Of a DNA stretch of 64,000 nucleotides, positions 29,999 to 40,167 are shown piece after piece. The DNA is from a virus. Taxonomy: Duplodnaviria > Caudoviricetes. A program made the translations under genes and the position numbers. The DNA lies in IMG/VR virus record IMGVR_UViG_3300042997_002652, positions 64,001 through 128,000 of that record. One strand, given 5' to 3'. Each line of letters opens with the position of its first letter. Position 1 is the first letter of the stretch. A model generated the notes under the pieces. The model made no database searches. It worked only from the letters and a program-made list of their open reading frames with translations, and was not told where the DNA came from.

Positions 29999-30217
29999 TT
30001 ATTCTATAAGTTTAAATATCAAAAACAAATCTTTAAGGGGATGATTCCATGGATCTTTTACACCATATGCTGTACAGCCAAATCTAGTATCATCGTCTAA
30101 GTGATCTTTTCCTTTGGTATAGTTTTCCATGTCAATACAAGTAAGTACTGTACCTTCAGGAATCTTTGCTAATTCTTCTGGTGTAAAAAGATAAAGATCA
30201 TCCTCCCATTTTTGCAT
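29999..30217 (-). CDS. Small hypothetical protein
   Basis: ORF track, coupled to mazG. Confidence 0.65.
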   Translation of the reverse strand: MQKWEDDLYLFTPEELAKIPEGTVLTCIDMENYTKGKDHLDDDTRFGCTAYGVKDPWNHPLKDLFLIFKLIE

Positions 30218-30645
30218 TATAAATCATTCTCTTTTCTATTTTCAGAATAGAATGGATCAAACGTGCCGCCAGGATATCTTGCTTCAAGCTTTTTAACGTT
30301 TTCAGCAATCACATCGTTTGGATCTAAACCTAATGCTCTGCAAGCATTGATCCAATACCAAATAATATCGCCTAGTTCACGTTTCATGTGGTAAACGTTT
30401 TCATCACTCAATTCTTTACCTTGAAAAATGATTTTTTTGTTTACCTCGATAAACTCTCCGCTTTCTGCTGCTAAACCCAAACATGCAGTAATCAGCAACG
30501 GAACATTTACTGCAGGCCCAGTTACATCTTCTTTATTTTGCGAATTTAGCTCTTCACACCTTTGCTGAAAAATGTGAAAATGATTGCTTGGGTTACTAGT
30601 TACAACCTCTACAAAATCTTTGTACTTGTTTAAATCAATATTCAT
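30217..30645 (-). CDS. mazG: MazG-like NTP pyrophosphohydrolase
   Basis: LGLAAESGEFIEVNKK...RELGDIIWY...NVKKLEARY. Confidence 0.9.
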   Translation of the reverse strand: MNIDLNKYKDFVEVVTSNPSNHFHIFQQRCEELNSQNKEDVTGPAVNVPLLITACLGLAAESGEFIEVNKKIIFQGKELSDENVYHMKRELGDIIWYWINACRALGLDPNDVIAENVKKLEARYPGGTFDPFYSENRKENDL

Positions 30646-30654
30646 GTGTTCTCC

Positions 30655-31839
30655 TCAAAATGCTTTTAGTATGATCATAGCATCGTTAAATCTGCCATTT
30701 GGTGTAGTAGCAACAGCTTTGATATCTTTAAAAAACTTTCTGGCTGCTGGCTTACTACCCGTAATTTGTTTTAACTGTTCTTCTGGCTTCCGCAATATCT
30801 TTGCTTCACTTTCTTTAGTGTCAAAGCCTAAAAGTGTATTTCCCTTGACAATTAAACATTTGCTCATTTCATCAGCAACAAAGTGGTAAAGTTTGCGCTT
30901 AGCAGTATCGTATACCCAACATTCACTTGAGTTATGGAGCTTAGTAGGATCAATACTAACCAAATTCAGTTTTGTTTTTTCATCAATAAACTTACGCAAA
31001 TATTTCAGTTTAGAAACTTGCTTTTCTACAGAAACAGGTTTTTTAGCTCGTTTTACTTTATTAGTTTGTTTTAGCGCAACATACGAGTTAACCGCACTAG
31101 TAATAATGTCAATGTATTTGATTATATTTTTAATCTGCATTTTTGAAAGGTGTGAATAACCTTCTACTAATTGTTCATCAGTACCTTGCTGAACTTCAAT
31201 AAGTTCGTCTTTAATGGGAGTAAATGGTTGAGTTACAATAGAAGTGTGTTGCGGCAAAATACTTTTTTCAGACAAATAATTAATTACTTTTGTAGTAGGG
31301 TCAATACCTGTTTTACACCCATCACTAATGTATTCGTCTAGCATTCCTTGAAGTTCACCTGAAACATCACTTGCTCTTTCACGCATTATAATTTGAATGT
31401 TTCTTTTGTTAGTTTCTTCTACTACAACCGCAGCAGCTATAGTTTCTTCAGTTTCAGGATTTTCATCATCCATATGAACAAGCCTAGCTACTTCTTTAGC
31501 TAATCGCTTTTTTTCTTCTTCTGTTAGCTCAAATCCGCGTAAAGACATTCTAGCTAACCAGCCAAATGTGGGTGCCACTTTGTTATCGGGAGTTCGGAAT
31601 ACTTTTTTAGCAGTAGCAGTATCGCCAGTTGAATTAAGATAATCACATATAAACTGTTTTGCTTCTTTATTGGAGCAAAAGTAGTTATACCAGTTAAACG
31701 CACTACCCATAAAAGACAGTCGTTTTTGTTCAGTAGAGTAGTCAACTGATTTAGGTTCGTTTCCGTGCCCTTTAAGCCCAAACAAGTCTTTTGGGCGAAG
31801 ATCACGAACTTCAGCAGTGTTTTTTTGTCTAATAGCCAT
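30655..31839 (-). CDS. Hypothetical protein
   Basis: ORF track starts at 31911 on a TTG that is the -35 box; likelier start is ATG 31839 (MAIRQKN). Confidence 0.7.
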   Translation of the reverse strand: MAIRQKNTAEVRDLRPKDLFGLKGHGNEPKSVDYSTEQKRLSFMGSAFNWYNYFCSNKEAKQFICDYLNSTGDTATAKKVFRTPDNKVAPTFGWLARMSLRGFELTEEEKKRLAKEVARLVHMDDENPETEETIAAAVVVEETNKRNIQIIMRERASDVSGELQGMLDEYISDGCKTGIDPTTKVINYLSEKSILPQHTSIVTQPFTPIKDELIEVQQGTDEQLVEGYSHLSKMQIKNIIKYIDIITSAVNSYVALKQTNKVKRAKKPVSVEKQVSKLKYLRKFIDEKTKLNLVSIDPTKLHNSSECWVYDTAKRKLYHFVADEMSKCLIVKGNTLLGFDTKESEAKILRKPEEQLKQITGSKPAARKFFKDIKAVATTPNGRFNDAMIILKAF

Positions 31840-31882
31840 ACAATATGTTCTCTTTGTTGGGGTATTTATATCATGAATACAT

Positions 31883-31911
31883 ATGATAACAAATCTTTGA
31901 GCATTAGTCAA
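31883..31911 (-). promoter_or_regulatory. sigma70-type promoter
   Basis: TTGACT-17-TATCAT. Confidence 0.7.
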
Positions 31912-31959
31912 TACCCGAAGATAAATATAATGATACGATAAAGTGTAAGGAGATCCAAA

Positions 31960-33675
31960 ATTCCAAGATTAAGCCTATATAGGCCCAATAAACAAAACGA
32001 CTACAGATTTATGGATCGTACCATTTCGGAACAACTAACTGTAGGTGGGACAGACCTTTACATCCACAAGTATTTGGGTCCTACTAATCAAGGTCCGTCT
32101 ATTGATTATACTCAGCCTGAATATGATAAGTTAGACCCAACTAACATTCAAGATTTGCTGTTCCTTGAAAACAGAGACAGAACATATGATCCTGATATTT
32201 ATAGACTGCGAGGACACTATAACGTACAAAATTTAGATTTTGATTTGTCTCAGTTTGGTTTGTTTTTAAACAATGATATTATATTCATAGTAATACATTA
32301 CAATGATATGATTGATATCATTGGTAGAAAATTAATGGTTGGTGATGTTTTAGAATTACCTCACTTATTAGATTATAATCCATTGAAAGAAACTATACCA
32401 GTGGCATTAAAAAGATTTTATCAAGTAACCGATTCTAATTATGCTAGCGAAGGATTTTCACAAACTTGGTATCCTCACTTATGGCGTATAAAGTGCGAGC
32501 CGCTAGTTGACAGTCAAGAGTTTTCACAAATACTTAATGAACCAATTAATAAAGACAATTATCTTGGGCTATGGGAACCTGATCGTGTATATCCTGAAGG
32601 ATATGTAATTTCATATGGTGATAAAAATTATATTGCAAAACAAGAAGTACCTATAGGAAAACTTCCACCTGATCCAGTATACTGGGAACTAGATACAGCA
32701 CAAGATTTGAAAGATATTTTAAGTACCTATAATACAAATATTAGTATCAACAACGCTGCGTTAGAAGAAGCTAAACGATTAGTACCAAAAGCTGGTTATG
32801 ATACTAGTAAACTTTATATTGTTCCAACATATGGACCGTTTCAACAAAACGGCGCTTTATCATCTAACTATAGACAGCCTGCTCCACCTTATAGCGTTAT
32901 CGCTAACTTGAATGGTTCACCTAATTCAGTAACTGCGTCAGTAGTATCAATGCGTAATCCTAAGTACAAAACACCGAGTATTGGTATCAAGATATCTAAA
33001 GACTCATTAAAAAGTATTTGGGATATGACAGCAGACATGGATTTTAGTGAAAAACTAGACAAGTTTGTACAAGCTAGTTTACAAGTAGTTGTTGAAGCAC
33101 CTGAACTAACTGATACAGGATCAGGTTCAGTTGAAGGAACAAAAGTATTATCAGTACAGTCTTTGGGGGTAATAACTGGTCCTTATGGTACCACAGACAA
33201 CACTTATGCAACAGCAGATCAAGATCCTACTCAACCGGGCTTTACTGATGAAATAACTTCTGTAATGGACTTTAGAGCAGATTGTGATCCTAGATTTCAA
33301 TTTATTGTACGTGCTACTCCTCAAACTTTTGGCTATACAAGTGGTTACTTAACCGGTGATGGTAGTGCCCCTAACGGATTCCCTACAGGCGCAGGTATAT
33401 CATTTCCGCAAAATCCGCAAGTGGGAGATTACTTCTTGCGTATAGATTATTTGCCTCAGATACTTTATCGCTGGGACGGAAGAATATGGGTACGAATTTC
33501 TGAAAACGTAAGAACTGAAACCGGATTTACATATGATGACAAATCGTTACTATCAGGATTTATTAATGATCAAGCAGAAATCTATCTAAATAACACACAA
33601 GGAGCAGTTCCTGAATCGCAGGCGCTTTCTACTATATTACAACCAACACCTGATGTGTTACCTCCAGAGGAATAA
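31960..33675 (+). CDS. gp14: Neck/head-closure protein (gp14-like) with C-terminal extension; probable ATT start
   Basis: In-frame upstream extension IPRLSLYRPNKQNDYRF before the track ATG at 32011; SD AAGGAG 7 nt before ATT at 31960; QFGLFL..D...VGDVLELP..YQV core. Confidence 0.75.
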   Translation: MPRLSLYRPNKQNDYRFMDRTISEQLTVGGTDLYIHKYLGPTNQGPSIDYTQPEYDKLDPTNIQDLLFLENRDRTYDPDIYRLRGHYNVQNLDFDLSQFGLFLNNDIIFIVIHYNDMIDIIGRKLMVGDVLELPHLLDYNPLKETIPVALKRFYQVTDSNYASEGFSQTWYPHLWRIKCEPLVDSQEFSQILNEPINKDNYLGLWEPDRVYPEGYVISYGDKNYIAKQEVPIGKLPPDPVYWELDTAQDLKDILSTYNTNISINNAALEEAKRLVPKAGYDTSKLYIVPTYGPFQQNGALSSNYRQPAPPYSVIANLNGSPNSVTASVVSMRNPKYKTPSIGIKISKDSLKSIWDMTADMDFSEKLDKFVQASLQVVVEAPELTDTGSGSVEGTKVLSVQSLGVITGPYGTTDNTYATADQDPTQPGFTDEITSVMDFRADCDPRFQFIVRATPQTFGYTSGYLTGDGSAPNGFPTGAGISFPQNPQVGDYFLRIDYLPQILYRWDGRIWVRISENVRTETGFTYDDKSLLSGFINDQAEIYLNNTQGAVPESQALSTILQPTPDVLPPEE

Positions 33676-33678
33676 AAA

Positions 33679-35049
33679 TTGGCAGATTTTCATTATGATA
33701 ACCAGATTAGAAGATTTTTAATTCAATTTGGAAAAATTTTCTCCAATTGGCAAGTTACTAAAGGTAAAGACCCGGCAGGCAATGTTATATTATCACGAGT
33801 TCCGGTAATGTACGGAGATTCAAGTAGGCAAGCAGCTACAATCATTGCTAACAACAGTGCTAGTAATTTACCATCTACTCCTCTGTTTACTTACTATATC
33901 AATGGCTTGGAATATGATCAGAAAAGAACACAAGTACCTACGTTTGTAGATAAAATTAATGTAAGACAAAGAGCATATGATCAAGAAACACTATCATATG
34001 AAACTACTCAGGGACAAGCTTTTACTGTAGAAAGATTAATGCCGGTGCCGTATACTCTTAGATTAACGGTAGACTTATGGACTTCTAATACTCAACAAAA
34101 ATTAGAAATCATGGAACAGTTAGGAGTATTATTTAATCCGTCTTTAGAAATTCAAAGCACTGACAATTACATTGATTGGACTTCATTAACTGTAGTATAT
34201 CAAGACGGGATAACGTTTTCTAGCAGAAGTATACCTCAAGGAACAGGAAATCCTATAGATGTATTAAGTTGGAAGTTTTATATGCCCATTTGGATTAGTG
34301 CTCCGGCAAAACTTAAAAAGATGGGAGTTATTCAAAAGATTATTGCATCTATTCATGAAGGTAGTGCAATTGATGATATACAAAATGACGATATATTATT
34401 AGGAACTAGACAAAAAATTACTGCTTATGGATATAAAGTATTATTAATAGGTAATTCGTTGCAACTTCTTCCCGCTAATCAACCATTTAATCCTCCTAAT
34501 GTTGACTTAAATTTACCACCGTCACCTGATACTTCACTTTATTGGTCAAGTGTATTAAACGTATACGGTGCTATCCAACCAGGTATATCACAAATATGGT
34601 TACAAAATCCATATATGGAAACTGATATCGTTGGTACTATTGTGTCTGATCCGTTAGATGATAGACTATTAATTTATAACATAGATCCAGATACACTACC
34701 ACAAAATACACTAAATCCAGTAGACAGTGTGATCAATCCGCTATCAACTGGTCCTAATGCAGGGTTGCCAGGCCCAATAAACGGAAAAAGATATTTAATA
34801 GTAGAGTCTATAGGATCAGAAGATGCTACCACAGTTGCATGGGGAAATTTAGTAGCTAACGCTAATGACATAATTCAATATAACTCAAGCGCAGGAGAAT
34901 GGCAAGTATCATTTGATAGTGAAAACTCAGAAGATATTGAGTTTGTTACTAACATAACAACCAATGTTCAGTATAGATTTGTAGACGGTACTTGGATGAA
35001 GTCAGTAGAAGGTTGGTATGATCAGGGAGACTGGTCCGTAGTAATCTAA
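33679..35049 (+). CDS. gp15: Tail terminator/sheath stabiliser (gp15-like) with C-terminal extension
   Basis: FHYDNQIRRFLIQFGKIFSN...RVPVMYG...MPVPYTL...EQLGVLFNP; TTG start. Confidence 0.8.
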   Translation: MADFHYDNQIRRFLIQFGKIFSNWQVTKGKDPAGNVILSRVPVMYGDSSRQAATIIANNSASNLPSTPLFTYYINGLEYDQKRTQVPTFVDKINVRQRAYDQETLSYETTQGQAFTVERLMPVPYTLRLTVDLWTSNTQQKLEIMEQLGVLFNPSLEIQSTDNYIDWTSLTVVYQDGITFSSRSIPQGTGNPIDVLSWKFYMPIWISAPAKLKKMGVIQKIIASIHEGSAIDDIQNDDILLGTRQKITAYGYKVLLIGNSLQLLPANQPFNPPNVDLNLPPSPDTSLYWSSVLNVYGAIQPGISQIWLQNPYMETDIVGTIVSDPLDDRLLIYNIDPDTLPQNTLNPVDSVINPLSTGPNAGLPGPINGKRYLIVESIGSEDATTVAWGNLVANANDIIQYNSSAGEWQVSFDSENSEDIEFVTNITTNVQYRFVDGTWMKSVEGWYDQGDWSVVI

Positions 35050-35051
35050 CA

Positions 35052-35462
35052 ATGAAACAAGCAGCTGGAATTTTCTTTTATAGTACATCAACTGATAGAT
35101 ATCTTTACTTACTTAGATCAGACGCTAAAAATCCAAGTTGGAGTATTCCTGGTGGGGGTATTGAAAAAGAAGAAACTCTTTTAACAGGTTTAACTCGTGA
35201 GTGTTTAGAAGAAATGAATGTAGATATTAATGGTTTCAAACTTATACCTATTCAAAAATTTGTAAATAATGATTTTATATACCATACTTTTTATAGTGAA
35301 GTTGAAAAAGAATTTATACCTGAGCTAAACTATGAGCATATAGGTTATGCTTGGGTAGGCAATGATCAGTATCCAAAACCTTTACATCCTGGATTGTTTT
35401 CTACGATAAATTTTGATTTAGTACAAGATAAATTAAAAGCGTTAAAAGAAAAACGGCTCTAA
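35052..35462 (+). CDS. Nudix hydrolase
   Basis: WSIPGGGIEKEETLLTGLTRECLEE Nudix box. Confidence 0.9.
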   Translation: MKQAAGIFFYSTSTDRYLYLLRSDAKNPSWSIPGGGIEKEETLLTGLTRECLEEMNVDINGFKLIPIQKFVNNDFIYHTFYSEVEKEFIPELNYEHIGYAWVGNDQYPKPLHPGLFSTINFDLVQDKLKALKEKRL

Positions 35463-35472
35463 GAGCCGTTTT
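35451..35472. terminator. Bidirectional terminator
   Basis: aaaacggctct/agagccgtttt inverted repeat between convergent genes. Confidence 0.85.
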
Positions 35473-35477
35473 CTAAT

Positions 35478-35786
35478 TCAACTGAATATAATACTTAAAA
35501 CAAATGAACCCAAAGAGCCGATAACTAATCCGGCTCCCATGATCATCCATTTCCACTTTTCTAACTCAGATATTTTTCCAGACATTTCTTTATGTGAAGC
35601 AATATTGTCAGCTTGAAAATCTTTTATTAACTTGGTAGCTGTTTCAGAACTTTCTTTTATGTCTTCACGAATACTGTTTACATCTGTTTTAAGATCATCT
35701 ATTTTTTCATCTAGGTTGGTAAATCTAACCTGAAGTATGGCAATTTCTGTTTCTGCTTGTTTTAATTGCTGCGTAGATGAACTCAT
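35478..35786 (-). CDS. Coiled-coil protein with C-terminal membrane anchor (holin/XhlA-like candidate)
   Basis: Heptad region followed by KWKWMIMGAGLVIGSLGSFVLSIIFS. Confidence 0.55.
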   Translation of the reverse strand: MSSSTQQLKQAETEIAILQVRFTNLDEKIDDLKTDVNSIREDIKESSETATKLIKDFQADNIASHKEMSGKISELEKWKWMIMGAGLVIGSLGSFVLSIIFS

Positions 35787-35792
35787 GATTTA

Positions 35793-37061
35793 TTACGCAT
35801 TACCGATAGTTACGATAGGGTAAGGCTGTCCGTCTGTAGCATTTGCAGCAGCAGCAGTATTAAACGTACCAAACGCTGGATCAGCATTTGCAAGAACAAT
35901 ATTACCTGTAGCTACCGGACCAGATGTTGAACTAAACAATTCAGCAGTGTGATCGCTCAAGCTTTGAACTTTAACTGTACTTGAGTTAGCGTATGTAGCA
36001 GTAATAGTCATAGTGTTTGGTAACATAGCAGTGTTAGCAACGTTAGCAGTAAAACATTGTCCTATTAATCCGCTTGAAGTACCTTGTACTAAGTACTTTT
36101 GCTTGCCTTTTTGACGAACAATGTAGCCTGCTTCTGGAGTTGCATAAATGTATGAAGCTCCTGTTGATGCGACGGCAGCGTTTGCAACTAGTTCAACTAC
36201 ATCCTGTTGAGCGTCAGGAGTACCAGTAGCATTGGACAAATCAACTTCTGATCCAGCCAATGTTGTTGAAACAGTAAATGCGGATGCGTTAGCAATTGCT
36301 TTAACAAAATAAATTTCACCAGATACTAGACCACCTAAGTTAGCAGTAAATCTTACTGTACCATTAGCAATCAATGTCTGAGCATTACCTGAAGTACCAA
36401 TGATGTTACCTGTGTTTTGTGTGTTAGCAACAGCAACGGTTGTTAAACCAGGAACTGTGTTTGCAAAACCTATTGTAGTGTAATCAGTAGTTGTACTATT
36501 AATGTTTGCGCTTGCAACTTGAATTACAGAACCTACACTTAGTGTGTTTGCCAAGTCAGTACCAATACCAGTTACATACGCGGTATCAGTAGCAGAATAC
36601 AATGTACCAGTACCGTTAACGCCAAGAGCAACGTTAGCTAATACTTGCTTTCCAAATATTGCAGTGTTACCACCTACTACTGAGTAAGTATTTGCGTTAG
36701 TAGCTGGATATCCAGTACCACCAGTTGGGTTGTTAAAGTATCCGTCAACTACTGCAAATGATGCTTTAACTGTTCCACCTGATGAATTAGTCAGCGTAGC
36801 CATCACACGTGGTTGAACGCTTAGGTCTGTTTCTGAAACACTGAGAGTAGTGTTTGACAGAATGGTATCAACATAATATATCACACCGGCGACCAAACCA
36901 CTGATGTTTGATGCAACTACGAATGGCATACCTGCTGTTATACCTACTGTAGGTGATGTAGTTAAATTTCCACCTGATACTGTGACGATACTGCCTGTTG
37001 TTGCTGTATCAGTAATTGTTAAGACTGCTTGTGCTTTAGCGATTTTTAGGGGTCTGCCCAT
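35793..37061 (-). CDS. Virion structural protein (beta-rich)
   Basis: A/T/G/N-rich; MGRPLK N-terminus; YIVRQKGKQKYLV; late promoter at 37142-37148. Confidence 0.65.
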   Translation of the reverse strand: MGRPLKIAKAQAVLTITDTATTGSIVTVSGGNLTTSPTVGITAGMPFVVASNISGLVAGVIYYVDTILSNTTLSVSETDLSVQPRVMATLTNSSGGTVKASFAVVDGYFNNPTGGTGYPATNANTYSVVGGNTAIFGKQVLANVALGVNGTGTLYSATDTAYVTGIGTDLANTLSVGSVIQVASANINSTTTDYTTIGFANTVPGLTTVAVANTQNTGNIIGTSGNAQTLIANGTVRFTANLGGLVSGEIYFVKAIANASAFTVSTTLAGSEVDLSNATGTPDAQQDVVELVANAAVASTGASYIYATPEAGYIVRQKGKQKYLVQGTSSGLIGQCFTANVANTAMLPNTMTITATYANSSTVKVQSLSDHTAELFSSTSGPVATGNIVLANADPAFGTFNTAAAANATDGQPYPIVTIGNA

Positions 37062-37163
37062 GATTTTTCTCCATTGTGATCCGGGTTTTAGCCGGTACGT
37101 ATTAAAATCTACGTAAATTCTCCTTATGAGAATATTAAAACTATTTATCTAGAAGTTCTAAAA

Positions 37164-37688
37164 TCAGTATCCAGTAGTACCAGTGTTAGCATGTGGCATA
37201 CCTAATTCAGTAATACTGAATTCTGCTCCAGCGCCGCCACCTGTTGTAAGAAATGCTACTACATTGCCTTGACCACAATAAACACTATTGAAGCTATCGT
37301 TAGCAGAATAAATCTCTGAGTTTTGTGTAGCAATTGCAAACGGGACGCCTGCATTATTGAAAGTGTATACTGTATTTGATAATGCTACTACCGCATTTCC
37401 AGTTAATGTCAAACTAGTAGCGTTAGCAATGTTTGCTACAATACCAACAGTACTTCCTGTTGTGTTGCCTATCCAAGCACCAACGGTAAGTTGCGTACTA
37501 AACGCAGTTCCTACACCAGTAACTGCTGTGGTGTTGGTTGCTGCCGTTGCTGTTCCGGTGCCGGTAACTCTGGGATACCCAGTAACGGCGTGAATACCAA
37601 CGGTGGTAGTTGCTATTCTAATCTTATCCGTAGCAATGTTTGCTGATTGCTGTGATACTAAATTACCTGTATATACATATGATGCCAT
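37164..37688 (-). CDS. Virion structural protein (beta-rich)
   Basis: T/A/G-rich; late promoter at 37708-37714. Confidence 0.6.
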   Translation of the reverse strand: MASYVYTGNLVSQQSANIATDKIRIATTTVGIHAVTGYPRVTGTGTATAATNTTAVTGVGTAFSTQLTVGAWIGNTTGSTVGIVANIANATSLTLTGNAVVALSNTVYTFNNAGVPFAIATQNSEIYSANDSFNSVYCGQGNVVAFLTTGGGAGAEFSITELGMPHANTGTTGY

Positions 37689-37710
37689 TTTTATTTTCCT
37701 ATTATTTTAT

Positions 37711-39417
37711 TTATGAGTAAGTTGCGCCTACAGTATACCACTGAGTGGCACTTATAGCATAGTACTGTAAACTAGCTGTTGCTATGTGTGTATATGCTGC
37801 ATTTGTTGCTAAAGAGTTAATCGCGGCGCTAGTAGATGGATAAACGTTCAAACTTGTAGCACTTGTATTATTTACAATAATAACCATACCTGCGACCGCT
37901 GTTGGTAATCTAACACCCTGTCCTGCACTAACTGTAGAAACTACATTAATATCTTTTGCTAATGCTGTTGCATCACCCTGTACTGTACCAGCAGCACTAA
38001 TTGCCGTTGCAACACTTCTAATTACATGAGTAGAAGTAGTAATGTTAGCACTAGTAATGTTACCAGTAACAGCAAGTGATGTTAATGTACCAACTGATGT
38101 AACGTTTGGTTGTGCTGCTGTTGTTAAAGTACCGGTTAATAACTGGGCACCAATAGTGCCTGAGTTAGCATAAACGTTACCTGATGTGATATTACCAGTA
38201 ACCGCAAGTGATGTTAAAGTGCCTACTGATGTAACGTTTGGTTGTGCTGCTGTTGTTAATGTACCGGTTAGTAACGAAGCACCTAAGTTACCAACGTTAG
38301 CATTACCAGTTACGGTTAGTGTGCCAGTAATGTTGGCGCCAGTTCCAGTGACGACCAGTATGTTCGCATTACCAACAGCACTAATATTAACATTACCATT
38401 TGCTGCAGGAATATTTACATTTGAATTACCGTTTACTACTGATCCAGAAGTAGCAACATTAAGATTAGCTACTTGGGTAATTGATGTCACTTGTAGCGGG
38501 GGAGTTCCGTTAGCTACGTTTGATAAAAATCTTGAAGCAGTTGCTACGCCGGTAGCATTTAAGTTACCTACATTAGCATTACCGTTAACATATAATAAAC
38601 TACCGTTCCAAGTAAGATCGGTGTCACCATCAAAAGATACACCATCATTATATTGAATAGAATTAGTAGTTCCTCCTACTAATCCTCCACCGCCAGCGGC
38701 ACCTAATGCGGTAGTTGCAATAGCAAGAGAATTAGGAAGATTATCATACTCTAAGCTTCCGTCTATAAATGCATTGGCTAAATCTAACGCATCAGTTAAG
38801 AATAATATTACGTTACCCGAAGTTGGGTAGTCTGTAGCAAGTCTTACGTAGAAAACTTCTGAGTTAACGTTTGCGTTACTGTTTCCTTCTACGCCCGAAA
38901 TAGTTATTTCTAAACCGTTGGAATACGGAGTAGTGGGATCAACTTCCATGATTACAGTATTAGCACCGTAACCGAACGCATTAGCACCATCAGGTGTTAA
39001 ATCTATGATATCAGTAGCAAGTGTACCCTTAGGAGTCCAACTTAAATTTCCCGATCCATCAGTTTGTAGAACATATCCAATAGCACCACCGGTAATTCTA
39101 ACATTAGATACATCACCCAACGTAATTAAACCGCCTGCTGATCCGCCGCGATTGACCCAGTTATTACCATCATATGCTAATACTTGACCGTTGACTACAG
39201 TATTGCTTATATTTAAATTACCAATGGAACCTTCTATCTGACTAAAGTCTATTTCAGAATAAGAAGTTAAAACTTCAATATTTTCGTTGGGGGTTTCTTT
39301 ACCTATGAACAGACGTTTTTCGTCTGATGCCCAGCCGAACTCTGCTTCAGAGAGTTGAGGAAGATCAACTAGGTTGCCTGATCTTTGCTGTTGTTTTGAG
39401 ATTTGTATAATGGCCAT
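37711..39417 (-). CDS. Tail fibre/adhesin-like protein
   Basis: MAIIQISKQQQRSG...LPQLSEAEFGWASDEKRLFIG anchor; GTLTTAAQPNVTSVGTLTSLAVTG repeats; tip domain paralogous to 15046..16836. Confidence 0.8.
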   Translation of the reverse strand: MAIIQISKQQQRSGNLVDLPQLSEAEFGWASDEKRLFIGKETPNENIEVLTSYSEIDFSQIEGSIGNLNISNTVVNGQVLAYDGNNWVNRGGSAGGLITLGDVSNVRITGGAIGYVLQTDGSGNLSWTPKGTLATDIIDLTPDGANAFGYGANTVIMEVDPTTPYSNGLEITISGVEGNSNANVNSEVFYVRLATDYPTSGNVILFLTDALDLANAFIDGSLEYDNLPNSLAIATTALGAAGGGGLVGGTTNSIQYNDGVSFDGDTDLTWNGSLLYVNGNANVGNLNATGVATASRFLSNVANGTPPLQVTSITQVANLNVATSGSVVNGNSNVNIPAANGNVNISAVGNANILVVTGTGANITGTLTVTGNANVGNLGASLLTGTLTTAAQPNVTSVGTLTSLAVTGNITSGNVYANSGTIGAQLLTGTLTTAAQPNVTSVGTLTSLAVTGNITSANITTSTHVIRSVATAISAAGTVQGDATALAKDINVVSTVSAGQGVRLPTAVAGMVIIVNNTSATSLNVYPSTSAAINSLATNAAYTHIATASLQYYAISATQWYTVGATYS

Positions 39418-39468
39418 AAGATATAACTTTCCATAATAGTGTTATATCTTATTTATCTTTAATACATA

Positions 39469-40167
39469 CTAAACGAACTGAGTGTAGTACTGCTCTAAAC
39501 GTTTGAACCATTCGTTAACATAGTGGTCATACTCTATACCTTCTATAATAAATTCTTGATACTCGTTGTCTTTAGTACACATAAGGATAACTCCCTTGCG
39601 TATGTTAGTGTTAAACATTTCATTATGTGCTGATCCGTATGCAGCTAATTGGATAAAATAATCTTCAATCCATTCACGTTTCTTGGCTTTATTAGCTTGT
39701 TTAAAGTCCATGATAGCTTCTTGATTATCATGAACTCCTGCTAAGTCAGTAGTACCTGCATACATTTCTGGAAAATAAAGACTGGCTTCAGTAGCCCAAA
39801 ATTCATTACATTTAGACAAACCTTGTTCAATAATAGACTGAGCCATTAAATGACTTTGTTGACTATAGGGGTTGGAGCCAGGATCACCGGTAGCACCAAG
39901 CTTTACATAATTCTCTAACCACTTGTGCATACGAGTACCGCGACCAGCAGCTTCGGTAGTTATAGCTTGTGCTTGTTTATGACCTACACGGTTACGCCAG
40001 TTTTGTAATGCTTTTTTTGCTTCTTCAGGTTTAGTAGCGTCTAAAATAGTTGTTACAGAGGGGACAGCGAATCCGTCGGGAGTTATATACTTTCTAGCTC
40101 CGTTTAGCGTTTCTCTTTTTAGTTCTTTATAGTTAAATTTGTTAGGATTGTACATTGGGTTCATCAA
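39469..40167 (-). CDS. PD-(D/E)xK exonuclease
   Basis: PSVTTIL, GTRMH, YAGTTD, IMDFKQ, QLAAY. Confidence 0.88.
   Translation of the reverse strand: MMNPMYNPNKFNYKELKRETLNGARKYITPDGFAVPSVTTILDATKPEEAKKALQNWRNRVGHKQAQAITTEAAGRGTRMHKWLENYVKLGATGDPGSNPYSQQSHLMAQSIIEQGLSKCNEFWATEASLYFPEMYAGTTDLAGVHDNQEAIMDFKQANKAKKREWIEDYFIQLAAYGSAHNEMFNTNIRKGVILMCTKDNEYQEFIIEGIEYDHYVNEWFKRLEQYYTQFV

Noticed and set aside
39469-40167. Cas4 assignment for the exonuclease
   Set aside because: Lacks the four-Cys Fe-S pattern, and there is no CRISPR locus
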